Position numbers and translations under genes: made by a program. Positions 1 to 11,896 of a stretch of DNA of 64,000 nucleotides are shown here, piece after piece. The stretch covers positions 19,716,001 through 19,780,000 of the forward strand of contig JBHGNT010000011.1 of NCBI GenBank assembly GCA_043228905.1, given 5' to 3'. Origin of the DNA: Azolla caroliniana (lineage: Eukaryota; Plantae; Polypodiophyta). The notes beneath the pieces are model-generated. The model was not told the origin of the DNA and searched no databases. It worked only from the letters and a program-made list of their open reading frames with translations. How positions within the stretch are numbered: position 1 is the stretch's first letter; each line of letters starts with the position of its first letter.

Positions 1-834
1 GTGACACCCCCAAATTCCTTGGTTAGCTCACCATGAGGAAGGTGGCCTCTTGAGACTTGGCAATGACCTATAAACTTTTTGAGATTAACAATGGTTGATA
101 CACTTAATTACTACATTACTAAGTAAAAAAAACAATTATATACAAAGTGGAAAAGATACATGGAGAGAGTGGCTTTTAATGTAGGTAATGGAGAAGAGTG
201 ACGACCATAAGTTAGCTCCAAAGACCATTTTACAATGAGAGTTATGCTCATTAACAAATTTGAGACCCTAAATGTCCCTAATAAAAGCAGTTACCACACA
301 ACGTACAATATAAGCATGTTTCTTGCATACAAGGGTACTTTCTACATATAAAAGGATGTGTCATTTTTCTTTTGGGATTTCTCCAATATGTTAACTAATA
401 AACATCTACATCTCAAGATAATGCAACAATAATTTATTTTACATAAGGATGGCAACTTTCCCTCTTAACAAGCACAAAGCATGACATGCGATATAGGAAT
501 ATTCATGCATTATCTCCTATCCAATAAGCTCATAGTGCACATGGAACAACACGTCTTGGTGTACAAATGGGAAATTGAATTGATATTATGTATGACTTGT
601 AACTAAGTTTTAATTTTGAACATGCATAACTCGGTGTTAAGTACCTACCGTACATAGCATAACTCGTGAACATTTTCATTGGTACCAAGGATCAAGTGTG
701 AGACCACGAGAAAAGGGAACACAACCTAGTAGCCATTCCAATGTGAAAGGGGACAATCTCTTTGTACAATAATTATAAATGTCACTTTTATGCCATTTTA
801 GTTCTTCTTGAACATTCTCTTTCCCTAAGACTTC

Positions 835-837
<3 letters not shown>

Positions 838-887
<50 letters not shown>
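838..887. repeat. (CT)n microsatellite
   Basis: Uninterrupted CT dinucleotide run. Confidence 0.95.
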
Positions 888-890
<3 letters not shown>

Positions 891-1449
891 CTACATAGAG
901 ATTAGCATTAAGCGTTCTTTTAGCAAAACCCTAATATTCTATTCTCTTGTATGTGTCGATGATGGTCACTAAATTGAAGTGTGGTCAATTTATTTGTGTT
1001 TATCATATTATTTGTCTACATTATCTAATGCTTAAACCCTTAATATGACATGAGTGAACTTCTTGGTGAGGATAAACTTTGAGAGAGGTGTGAGAGCTCA
1101 TTTAGTCTTATGTATGTAAGGTTAGTAGCTCCATAGTTATTGACAACCACTCTCATTTGACTTGCCACCAATATGGTATACAATGGTTTAGATCCCTTAG
1201 TGTGTGATATTTGCATAGATGTACAACTTTGTTGATACAAATGTGTGTGCTTGTTGAGAACACCATGAGCCAACACACTTGGAGTTTCAAATAATCATGG
1301 AGGTTCTCTACAAGCAATGGTTCATGATGAAATCCTATAGAGATATGTCTAAGAACACATAAAGTAAACATGATATATGAATAATCATGGGACACATGGA
1401 AAATGATTTGATTGAGAGGAAAACCCTAATGATCAAACTCTCATGACCA

Positions 1450-2110
1450 TGGTTACGCATGAACGAGCTCAAAAGTGTGGCATGTGTATGAGATAGGACC
1501 AACAAAACGACAAAGATTTCATGCCCATTGACAAAATACTCTTGTTGGATTTGTTCACTAAATGGGGATGTATTTTGTTGGGCCACATCAACCTAACACT
1601 AGAATTGGTACAAACATATTCTCATTGGCATGGAAATCAAATGGCCTTAAGTTGTTAAAATCAGATAAATAAGGTGTTCAATGTTGCAAACTTTTTGCAT
1701 TTCATGACCATGTTTGGTTGTCCTATTGGGGTGTTGTGTTCATAGAGCTCTCCATAAAGCAAATATGATGATCCTCAATTCAACAACTATGAAACATCTT
1801 CTAACAAAATCCTAGTTCAAATTATAAGAAGGATTGTTGAAGCAAGCAAAATTTATTACAATTGGAATTTGAATAGTGCATTACAAGCATTTTGAGCGTC
1901 ATATATGGATAACAGTCTTTTCGGTGGAGTTTAAACTAGAGACAATATTGCCCATCAAATTCATTATGTTTATCTAAGGATTGTGCTCTTTCAAAGGTTG
2001 TCCATGGAGGAATACAAAGAGAAAGCCAACAAGGAGATACGAACTTTGGAAGGGAAATTCATAGGAGAATTGGTGCAATAGAGAAGTCTTTCCAAATTAG
2101 ATAAGCTCGA
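1450..2110 (+). pseudogene. Highly decayed Ty3/gypsy (non-chromovirus-like) integrase remnant
   Basis: Frameshifted translation gives QKCGMC (zinc-finger CxxC), FTKWG-MYFVGP (cf. WGIDFVGP), MTMFGCP, SSNKILVQI and LNSAL.AF in the correct integrase order. Confidence 0.6.
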
Positions 2111-3007
2111 GAAAAGAAAGGAGATCCACAAGGGAGATAAGAGTTGCTCATTTAATTCTTGGAGTCATAAGAAAACATGAAAGTTTAATTCTTCTATGCT
2201 CATTATTTATTGGTCATTGTCACTCATATATTATGAGGTTCAACATATAAATGGCTCATTATATAAAATGAATAACAAAATATCTATATGAATTTGCATT
2301 AGGACTCAATTATTAAGGAACCAAGTAGGTTAAAAATGACCAAATATTCTCTCTAAATTTGGATGCGAGTATTTGAGTTGATTTTGTCTCTATCAACAAT
2401 GTATTAAAAGGTTTTTAAGGCACAAGACATACTAGAGATCATCAACCAACATGCATACAACAAATGGAAGATAAAGGTGATAACCCGTCAAACCTAGCAA
2501 AATAGTGAATGACGAGGATACCAACAAAATAGAAACTTTGAGAATTTGGCATAGCTTCATTCACAAGATGATAGAGGCTTCCAGTCACTTCTTTAGTTTT
2601 GGGATAAGGTCGACCACTAGTAACAAGGCATTTTTGTGTGGAGTTGTCTCAAAGAATGGGATTCAACTGAGTGTGCACAACAAAAACTCCAACCAGGACC
2701 AAGTTAGAGTTCAAGAAATTGATTGGACGTGCCAAGTGTTGCGTGCAGAAGAGGACAAGTAGTTGTTTAATGAGAAATGAGTGCAAGTGAAGAAGAAGAA
2801 GAAGAAGAAGAAGACGACACACATAGGGAAATCAATGAGAATACAAGGGAGAAGAAGTGGTGGATGCGGATCACGGTTGGACCAACAAAACCTACTCGTG
2901 CGAATACAAAATGCATGCACATACATACATACATATGTAAGTACGTACGTACATGATCATACATACATACATGCATGCATGCATGCATGCATACGTACAT
3001 ACACGAC

Positions 3008-3126
3008 GTGTCTAACTACTACCACATATTTATGAGGGCAAGTGAGGGAATCGCGGAGAGGGACGGTGCCGGTCGCTAGATGAGGGTGCATGCAATTTGC
3101 ACCGTCCAATGTGGATGAAGAAAAAG
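3008..3126 (+). repeat. Left TIR of MULE
   Basis: Inverted match to 15901-16019, including the perfect core gagggcaagtgagggaatcgcgg. Confidence 0.85.
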
Positions 3127-3609
3127 TGCGCCATAAGAAGTTCTCTTTTTGGGGAGTCCGTCTCACTAAAGAAGGAGCCAACTCTATGAAAAGGAACTTG
3201 ACTCATTAGTTTGTGATGAGTATAAAAACCCATATACCTGTCATTTTTGCCTGTTTTCAAACAGGAAGCCAGAGGTTTAGGGTTAAGGCATCTTCAGCGA
3301 GGCGCACCACTTGTTGTCCTGTTGTTTGCGAGCACCTGTTGTACTGTTGTCCAGAGGTATGTATCACCAGACTTTGTGGAGGTTATACCTTTGAGTTTTG
3401 TGTTTGAAATCATATTTTCCTCCCAATTGGAAGCCATATTATTATTAACCTCCATTGCATGCCAGAGTAAAAATCTTGATAAGATAATATGGCATCCATA
3501 TTAATATGAAACAGAGTAAGAAGAAAAAAGACCTGAACCTTCAATCACGTACTGCTTGGGTGGGTTGCACAAATTGGTGGTTTTTGAAGATGGCATGTGT
3601 TTTGTACAG

Positions 3610-4311
3610 ATGGCTAGTCAGTCCAAGACCTTCATAGACTTTGATGCGGATTGGGGCGAAACAATACCCTATGAAGGGATGTATGGCTTGAATCATTTCT
3701 CAACTATATATTGCGTATAAATAGTGATGTTTGTCTGCTAACTTGAATGATGGTTTAGGGTTTTTGTAAGAAAGGGTGCTAGGTGCCCCAAATCCAATGA
3801 TATGGATGTTGAAAACATCATTACTGAAGTCTCTCGAACATGGATACGAACCCCATACATGACATGGGACCAGGTGTTGAAGATATCAAACTAAATGGTG
3901 AGTTGATGTAGTTTCTTGTAAACATTATTGAAGTAAGTATATATTGGGTTTTTCTAATGCAAATGTCACACCATTGTTGTAGTGGACCCTATGTCCCTCT
4001 TCAAGTGTGGCAGAGACTTGACAAGTATCAAATGTAGCACATGTATCTTCGGAGATTCATGTAGAAAAGAGGTACAATGGTTTCGCAAAAAAGCTGACAT
4101 GGAGGCTCACTTACAGAAGGCACATGGCATTCGTGTAATACTACCTCGGGGGCTAAAGATAGAAGAAGAAGAGCAATCGACCTCCATGAGGAGCACAACC
4201 TAATAAATAGGTTTCAGGTGGCTTGCTGACGACTAGATCTAGCGGTCTCTTTGACGGAGGTAGAACTATGTTCGTTGTGCACTATAGGGGAGATGGCATC
4301 CACATGGATGA
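3610..4311 (+). pseudogene. 5' exons of MULE cargo gene, including a C2H2-like zinc finger
   Basis: Putative GT-AG exons at ~3610-3680, ~3760-3873 and ~3983-4200; the last encodes CSTC...WFRKKADMEAHLQKAHG (CxxC...F-x5-M-x2-H-x4-H). A further exon starting ~4288 is split by the copia insertion. Confidence 0.45.
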
Positions 4312-5163
4312 TGACGGGAACAGGACGCTCCCTATACGCAACGCTCGGCCACAACCGAGCTTAGAAGCATACACAGAAAACGGGAAATAAAACACGACAC
4401 GAAGAAGAGAAGAGTACACAGGATGTTTACGTGGAAAACCCAAAGAGGGAAAAACCACGGCAGCCCACAAGCTGCAAACTATCACTATGTTAGAATGTAC
4501 AACAGTGAGTTCACGGAGGCAACGACCTCGTGCTCACGATCTTCGCCACAAGCGGTGGTTACAACAGAGGCAACGACCTCTTTCTCTCTCTCTCTCTCTC
4601 TCTCTGTACAAAGTTATGCACTGTCTCTCTCCTTGCACCAACAAGAATGACAACAACAACTAAAAGTTTGCCCTAAGTCATATTTATACTAATATGACTT
4701 TTCGGCTATTTACAAATATAACCATGATGGACTCTTAGAAACATATTTACGAATATGTCTCTTCATCCGGTGAGCACTTCTCACCGGGTCTGCACCATCA
4801 AGCTCTCCGTAGCCGGGTACTCCTCATCTGGTCTTCACCGGGTCTTCACCGGGTCTGCACCATTCGGCTCTCCATAGCCGGGTACTCCTCATCCGGTTCT
4901 CACCGGGTCTGCACCATCCGGCTTTCCGTAGCCGAGTACTCCTCATCTGGTTCTCACCGGGTCTGCACCATCTGGATCTCCGTAGCCGGGTACTCCTCAT
5001 CTGGTTCTCACCGGGTTTGCACCATCCGGCTCTCCGTAGCCGAGTACTCCTCATCCGGTTCTCACCGGGTCTGCACCATCCGGCTCTCCGTAGTCGGGTA
5101 CTCCTCATCCGGTTTCGGCACTGTTCTTCTCCCTTCCCATCCGGAGAGACCTGTCTCCCAACA
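4312..5163 (-). repeat. Copia 3' LTR with about 6 copies of a 54-bp tandem unit
   Basis: Matches 10125-10916; unit ctcaccgggtctgcaccatccggctctccgtagccgggtactcctcatccggtt at ~4780-5115. Confidence 0.95.
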
Positions 5164-5173
5164 AACTCCCCCT

Positions 5174-8100
5174 TCACTCCGACACGGGGTGTCTTACTAG
5201 TCCGATCCTCTTCCGGCATGCATCCAGCTTGTCGGGTATCAGCACTTTGGTCAGCATATCTGACCCGTTCTCGGTAGTGTGGATCTTCGTCAGTGCGAAC
5301 TCCTGGTCATCTATTCTTTCCCGGATCCAGTGATATCTTCGCTGGATATGCTTCGTCCGGGAATGGTAGGCCGCATTCTTAGCAAGATGGATGGCACTTT
5401 GACTGTCGCAATAGAGTCGGTATTCATCTTGCCGGATACCGAGCTCTCCGATGAAGTCCTTCATCCATAACATTTCTTTGCCTGCTTCCACAGCCGCCAT
5501 GTACTCCGCCTCTGTGGTTGACAATGCAACCGTCTTCTGCAACCTCGACTGCCACGAGACAGCTCCCCCTGCATATGTCATTACATACCCGGATGTAGAC
5601 CGACTGGTATCCACATCAGCCGACATGTCCGAATTGGTAAAACCGTCAAGTTGAGGTTTTCCGGAGCCGAATCGGAGACACATATTTGAGGTGCCCTTCA
5701 AGTACCAGAGTATCCATTTGACCGCATTCCAGTGCTCCTTGCCGGGATTACTCATAAACCGGCTGACCACTCCGACTGCGTATCCTATATCCGGTCGGGT
5801 ACACACCATTGCGTACATCAAGCTCCCAACGGCAGAGGCATATGGAATCTTCATCATATCTGCCTTCTCTGCTTTCGTCTTCGGGCTTTGCTTACCGGAT
5901 AACCTGCAGTTTGCCGGAAGTGTCGATCCGACCGGTTTCGCATCCGACATGTTGAACCGGTGAAGCACCTTTGTCACGTACTTCTCCTGTGACAACCATA
6001 ATTGCTTCACTGACCGGTTCCGGATAATATGCATCCCCAGCATCTGCCTTGCCGAACCCAAGTCTTTCATTGAGAAGGTCTGGTTGAGAGCCTTCTTCAG
6101 CATCCGTATTTTGGCTTGGTCCCGTCCGACGATCAACATGTCGTCCACGTACAGAAGGAGTATCAGGAAGTCGCCTCCTTCGAATTTCTTCACAAACACG
6201 CAGTGATCGGCCTGCGTCTTGTGGTACCCTTGATCAGTCATGAAGGAGTCGAACTTCCGGTACCATTGCCGGGGGGCCTGCTTCAACCCGTAGAGGCTCT
6301 TCTTCAACCGACATACCAGGTGCTCCTTCCCTTTCTCCACGAATCCTTCCGGTTGCTACATGTAGATCTCCTCTTCGAGGTCGCCATGAAGGAATGTCGT
6401 CTTCACGTCCAGCTGCTCTACCTCAAGGTCCATGCTTGCCGCTATACTCAGCACCGTCCGGATGGAGGTCATCTTTACAACCGGGGCAAATATCTTGTCG
6501 AAGTCCACGCCCTTCTTCTGCTGGAACCCCTTCACCACAATCCTGGCTTTGTATCTCGGGGGGTTGCCGACATCTCCCGGTTTCAACTTGTACACCCACT
6601 TGTTTCGGAGTGCCCGCTTTCCTTTCGGCAACTCCACCAATTCGTACGTATGGTTCTCATGCAGGGAATCCATCTCATCCTGCATGGCACTTAACCATTT
6701 GCGGTTGTGGGTGTCATCCTTCGCTTCTTTGAAGCTTTCCGGCTCCCCCTCATCGGTCAGCAGAACATGCTCTGCATCCGGAAATCTCCGGGGGGGCCTT
6801 CTCTCTCTGAGAGGATATCTCCATCTTCGGGCTTCGGTAACCGGCTCCTCCATTTGCTCTTCATCCGAATCCGATTCGGGGTCTTGGCCGGTTCCGGTTT
6901 CAGCTTCCTCTACTTCTTCTTCAGCCGGTTCGATATCCTCACCGTAACCGACTGGCTCCTCGAGTGCTAACCGGTCTCTTGCCGGTTGGGTCTGTTCATC
7001 GTAGAGTCGGTCCTTACCGGTCGACTCGGAGTTCATTATCTTCTTCTCCGACTCCCAGTCGGCGAGCGTCTTGTCCTCCATGAAGATAATATCTCGACTC
7101 CGGAATACTTTCTTGTCGACCAGGTCCCACACTCAGTAGCCGAACTCATCATCACCGTAACCGAGGAATATGCATGGCCGGGTCTTTGGATCTAACTTTC
7201 CTCTCCGGTCCTTAGCTACATGCACGTACGCGAGACACCCGAACACCTTCAGGTGCCGGTAGGATACTTCCTTACTGGTCCACACTCTCTGTGGCGTGTC
7301 TCCGTCCAAGGGTACTGAGGGTGATCTATTTATCACATATGTCGTCGTCGACAATGCCTCAGGCCAAAACTTCTTGGGTAGTTTTGCATGCGCTAGCATA
7401 CTCCGGACCCTCTCCATTATGGTCCGGTTCATCCTCTCGGCTAGTCCGTTTAGTTCCGACGTCTTCGGCATAGTAAATTTGAGTCGGATTCCCTTCGAGC
7501 AGCAGTACTCCTCGAACTGCCCTCGGTATTCTCCTTCGTTATCTGCTCGAACCGCCTTCAGCTTCCGACCGGTTTCTCTTTCCACTCTCGCGTGGAGCTC
7601 TTTGAAGACGGATAGTACCTGATCCTTCGTCTTCAACGGTGTGGCCCACAGCTTCCGGCTGTGGTCATCTATAAACGTCACGAAGTACTGCGCTCCAGCA
7701 TGTGACTTCGTGTCTACTTGACACACATCTATATTTACCAACTCCAGTGGTGCATTACGTCTCATCGGTGGCCTTGGTCGGAAGGAGGTCCGGTTTTGCT
7801 TACCGGCCAGACAATCAGTGCACGTTCTTCACTGGAATGAGGTTGTCGTCTGCAAGCCTCTTCATCCCCTTCTCGCTCATATGACACAGCCTCTTGTGCC
7901 ACAACTCACCGGCAGTGTCGGATGCCACGTTCACTTCTTCCGGACATAACCGGGCAATCATCAGGTACAATGTGTTGACCTTCCGGGCCCGAGCCACAAT
8001 CAGGCTCGCTTTGCTGAACTTCATGACACCGTTCCGGATGCTACCCGTGTAGCCTTCATCATCTAGCCGACCGGCTGATATCAGGTTCAGACGAACCTCC

Positions 8101-10096
8101 AGAACGTGTCAGACATCCTTCAGCAGCAACTTGCATCCGATTGGTGTTGTCAGCCACACGTCTCCTATGCCAACAATTCGGCATGTACCTTCATTCCCCA
8201 TCCGGACACAACCGTGATCACCGGCTGAGTAGAATGAGAAGCATTTCCGGTCCGGGGTAAGGTGGAACTGACGGGAACTAAACGCTCCTTATGTGCAACG
8301 CTCGGCCACAACCGAGCTTAGAATCATACACAGGAAACGGGAAATAAAACACGACACAAAGAAGAGAAGGGTACATAGGATGTTTACGTGGAAAACCCAA
8401 ACTAAGGGAAAAAAAAAACCACGGCAACCCACAGGTTGCAAACTATCAGTATGTTAGTATGTACAACAGTGAGTTCACGGAGGCAACGACCTCGTGCTCA
8501 CGATCCTCACCATAGGCGGCGATTACAACAAAGGCAACGACCTCTTTCTCTCTCTCTCTATCTCTCTGTACACAGTTGCGCGCTCTCTCTCTCCTTGCAC
8601 CAACAAGAATGACAACAACAGTCATCTAAAAGTTTGCCCTAAGTCATATTTATACTAATATGACTTTTCAGCTATTTACAAATATAGCCTCGATGGACTC
8701 TCAGAAACATATTTACGAATATGTCTCTTCATCCGGTGAGCATTCCTCATCGGGTCTGCACCATCCGGCTCTCCGTAACCGGGTACTCCTTATTCGGTTC
8801 TCACCGGGTCTGCACCATCTGGCTCTCCGTAGTCGGGTACTCCTCATCCGGTCTTCACCGGGTCTGCACCATCCGGCTCTCCGTGGCCGGGTACTCCTCA
8901 TCCGGTTCTCACCGGGTCTGCATCATCCGGCTCTCCGTAGCCGGGTACTCCTCATCCGGTACTCACCGGGTCTGCACCATCCGGCTCTCCATAGCCGGGT
9001 ACTCCTCATCCTGTTCTCACCGGATCTGCATCATCCGGCTCTCCGTAGCCGGGTACTCCTCATCCGGTACTCACCGGGTCTGCACCATCCGGCTCTCCGT
9101 AGACGGGTACTCCTCATCCGGTTTCGGCCTCGGCCGAGTTTGTTCATCTCCCTTCCCATCCGGAGGGACCTGTCTCCCAACAGGAACGACGCTCCGGAGT
9201 CTACCACCCAAGTCATCTCGTCGCCGACAAGGTTTATCTCACTCTCCTCGGTGATGAGCATCAACTCTTCTTCACTTGCCGCGATTGTCATCGTTCCCTT
9301 CCGGTCCGGGGTCCGCTTTGAATCGGTACTGTCGGTTTCCTTGTCTTTTCGGAAATGCTGACAGTTCTTTTGGAAGTGTCCCGGCTTGCCACAATAGAAG
9401 CAAGTGGGCCTTCCCCTTGACTTTGACCGTGTCCCCGACTTCTCCCGGTTCTGGGGACTACGGTTTCTATGTCTTCCGCGTTCTGATTCGGTAAGGAGCG
9501 CTTTGGAGTCGGAGCTTGTATCTTTATCTTTCCGACGCGCCTCCTCATCTAGCAAGCTCGACTTTACTCTTGCTAGGGATAACCGTTTTCCTTCCGGCCC
9601 GGCGTTGCCCAAAGTGACAACCAACGTCTCCCAGCTATCCGGGAGGGAACCGAGCAGGAGTAGCACTAGTACCTCATCGGCGAGAGGTACTTCCAATGAA
9701 GTTGCCTGGTGTATCAGCCCCTGGAAGGCATTCATGTGCTCCGCCATGCTGGAGCCATCTTGGTACCGGAGTCTTACTAGCTTCCGGAATACCGAAACCT
9801 GATTAACAGCATTTTTGTTTTGAAACATAATGCCAATCTTCTCCCAGAGCTCATGAGCCTTGCTCTCTTCATTGAAGTTGTTGTATAGGCTCATGTCGAT
9901 GAAGCACTGTATGTACGCCGTTGTCTTCATGTGCATCACCTCCCATATTGTGGCGTCAATCTTGTCTGGTCTCTTGTCCCTGAACTGAACCGGTAACCAA
10001 AGATCTTTAACCACGAGCATGTCCCTTATCTTCGACTTCCACACTGAATAGTTGGAGCCGGTGAGCTTGAACATGCCGCCAAACGATTCGTCCATT
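5174..10096 (-). pseudogene. Copia gag-pol polyprotein, disrupted by stops, a frameshift and a solo-LTR insertion
   Basis: Gag zinc knuckle CFYCGKPGHFQKNC; protease WVVDSGASF|HLT; GAG-pre-integrase LWHKRLCH; integrase FIDDHSR...NGLAERMNRT; RT LLLYVDDML; RNase H ALSTTEAEY. In-frame stops at ~7133 and ~6356; frameshift near 7815. Confidence 0.95.
8269..9182 (-). mobile_element. Solo LTR of the same copia family, inserted in the protease domain
   Basis: TG...CA copy of the host LTR with 7 x 54-bp units; 5-bp TSD GGAAC at 8264-8268 and 9183-9187; removing it restores DSGASFHLTPDRKCF. Confidence 0.96.
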
Positions 10097-10124
10097 TTCT
10101 GTGTCGTTTTGCTCTGATACCACT

Positions 10125-10916
10125 TGACGGGAACAGGATGCTCCGTATACGCAACGCTCGGCCACAACCGAGCTTAGAATCATACACAGAAAACGGGAAA
10201 TAAAACACGACACGAAGAAGAGAAGAGTACACAGGATGTTTACATGGAAAACCCAAAGAGGGAAAAACCACGGCAGCCCACAGGCTGCAAACTATCACTA
10301 TTTAGAATGTACAACAGTGAGTTCACGGAGGCAACGACCTCGTGCTCACGATCTTCGCCATAGGCGACGGTTACAACAGAGGCAACGACCTCTTTCTCTC
10401 TCTCTCTCTCTCTGTACACAGTTACGCACTGTCTCTCTCCTTGCACCAACAAGAATGACAACAACAACTAAAAGTTTGCCCTAAGTCATATTTATACTAA
10501 TATGACTTTTCGGCTATTTACAAATATAGCCATGATGGACTCTCAGAAACATATTTACGAATATGTCTCTTCATCCGGTGAGCACTTCTCACCGGGTCTG
10601 CACCATCCGGCTCTCCGTAGTCGGGTACTCCTCATCCGGTCTTCACCGGGTCTGCACCATCCGGCTCTCCGTAGCTGGGTACTCCTCATCCGGTTCTCAC
10701 CGGGTTTGCACCATCCGGCTCTCTGTAGCCGGGTACTCCTCATCCGGTTCTCACCAGGTCTGCACCATCCGGCTCTCCGTAGCCGGGTACTCCTTATCCG
10801 GTTCTCACCGGGTCTGCACCATCCGGCTCTCCGTAGCCAGGTACTCGTCATCCGGTTTCGGCCTCGGCCGAGTTTGTTCATCTCCCTTCCCATCCTGAGG
10901 AACCTGTCTCCCAACA
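10125..10916 (-). repeat. Copia 5' LTR with 5 copies of the 54-bp unit
   Basis: Adjacent to the PBS; matches 4312-5163. Confidence 0.95.
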
Positions 10917-10917
10917 G

Positions 10918-11155
10918 ATGATGACCCTATTCCACTTATGGATGGAGTACTCGCTGCCCTCTGAGATCAACAAACGGTTTCATATTGTGGATCCACTATG
11001 GGTACAACTAGAAAGCCAAAGTGATAAGGTAGAAGACATACTCACTCGGGTCCCTAAATGGGAATATGTCTTCATTCCAATATTGCACTCAGGGCATTGG
11101 ATGCTTTGGATGAAGATGCAACAGACTCCTACAGGTCTCGATGCCGATCAATTTG
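10918..11155 (+). pseudogene. Ulp1/C48-like protease fragment (continuation of MULE cargo gene)
   Basis: With the copia removed the frame reads GEMASTWMMTLFHLW...RFHIVDPLW...WEYVFIPILHSGHWMLW; VFIPI-x3-GHW resembles the catalytic-His motif of Ulp1 proteases. The Asp/Gln/Cys part was not found. Confidence 0.55.
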
Positions 11156-11896
11156 TAAGTATTTATGAGAATTGAATTTGAGCATTTGTTTTTGTAAGGG
11201 CTTAGGTTGATGGCATCTTGTGGTGTAGGGTAAGGAGCAATGGTTTGGATTTGAAGACGTGGAGCTCCTTCGGAAAATCATAGCAAAATGGTCACGAAGG
11301 ACTCTGGGCTTAGGGTTATTTTAATCACTAGCATGTTGTACTTTGTAACATCAAACATATGATCTCAATGTACTATCTCATGCAGATTGCCAACTTTTTT
11401 GTAATATCAAATCAAGATTTGAATCTCATTTTGGTTGTATATGACTCAATGTGGACTCTATCTGAATCTCATTTTGTAATATCAAATCAATATTTGAATC
11501 TCATTTTGGTTGTATATGACTCAATTTGATGAACATTCTGGTTGTGGCACTTATTATTTGAATCTAATTCTGGTTGGGAGTCTTATTAATTAGTCGCACT
11601 CATTTCATTCACCCGCTTTCTCGATCGTTCACTAATAGCCCTAAACATTCTCGAACTAAATCATTGAAGAAGAGCTTAAATAATCCGCTCCATTCATGTG
11701 AATTATTTGAATTCATCCACTTCATTCATTCGCATAATCTCTCACATTCACTTCATTCACCTCAATCACTGGCATTCTCGATCATATTGTATTTGCTATG
11801 GAAAGCACAATGCATCATGGTGTCTTCGCCATGTCAGAAGATGAATTGGAGGATACGTCATGGTCGTCCAATGCATCGTTTGTATCTTAGGACGAA

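Larger units (their letters stand above)
4312..10916 (-). mobile_element. Ty1/copia LTR retrotransposon (defective)
   Basis: LTRs 4312-5163 and 10125-10916 (TG...CA); 5-bp TSD GATGA at 4307-4311 and 10917-10921; tRNA-iMet PBS (tggtatcagagc, 10111-10122); PPT at 5164-5175; domain order gag-PR-INT-RT-RH. Confidence 0.98.

Noticed and set aside
2711-3035. Poly-K/F/S and HACM-type ORFs
   Set aside because: Arise from (GAA)n and (CATA/CATG)n microsatellites.
4780-5115. Regularly spaced repeats superficially like a CRISPR array
   Set aside because: Units are contiguous with no unique spacers, lie inside eukaryotic LTRs, and no cas genes are present.
6116-7622. Plus-strand ORFs of 108-192 aa overlapping copia pol
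   Set aside because: Antisense shadows of GC-rich coding sequence; no domain features.
8660-9361. ORFs with 18-aa repeats (GLHHPALRSRVLLIRFSP / RMRSTRLRRAGWCRPGEN), also at 4824-5277 and 10502-10921
   Set aside because: Translations of the 54-bp LTR tandem unit, open in several frames on both strands; no evidence of a real protein.
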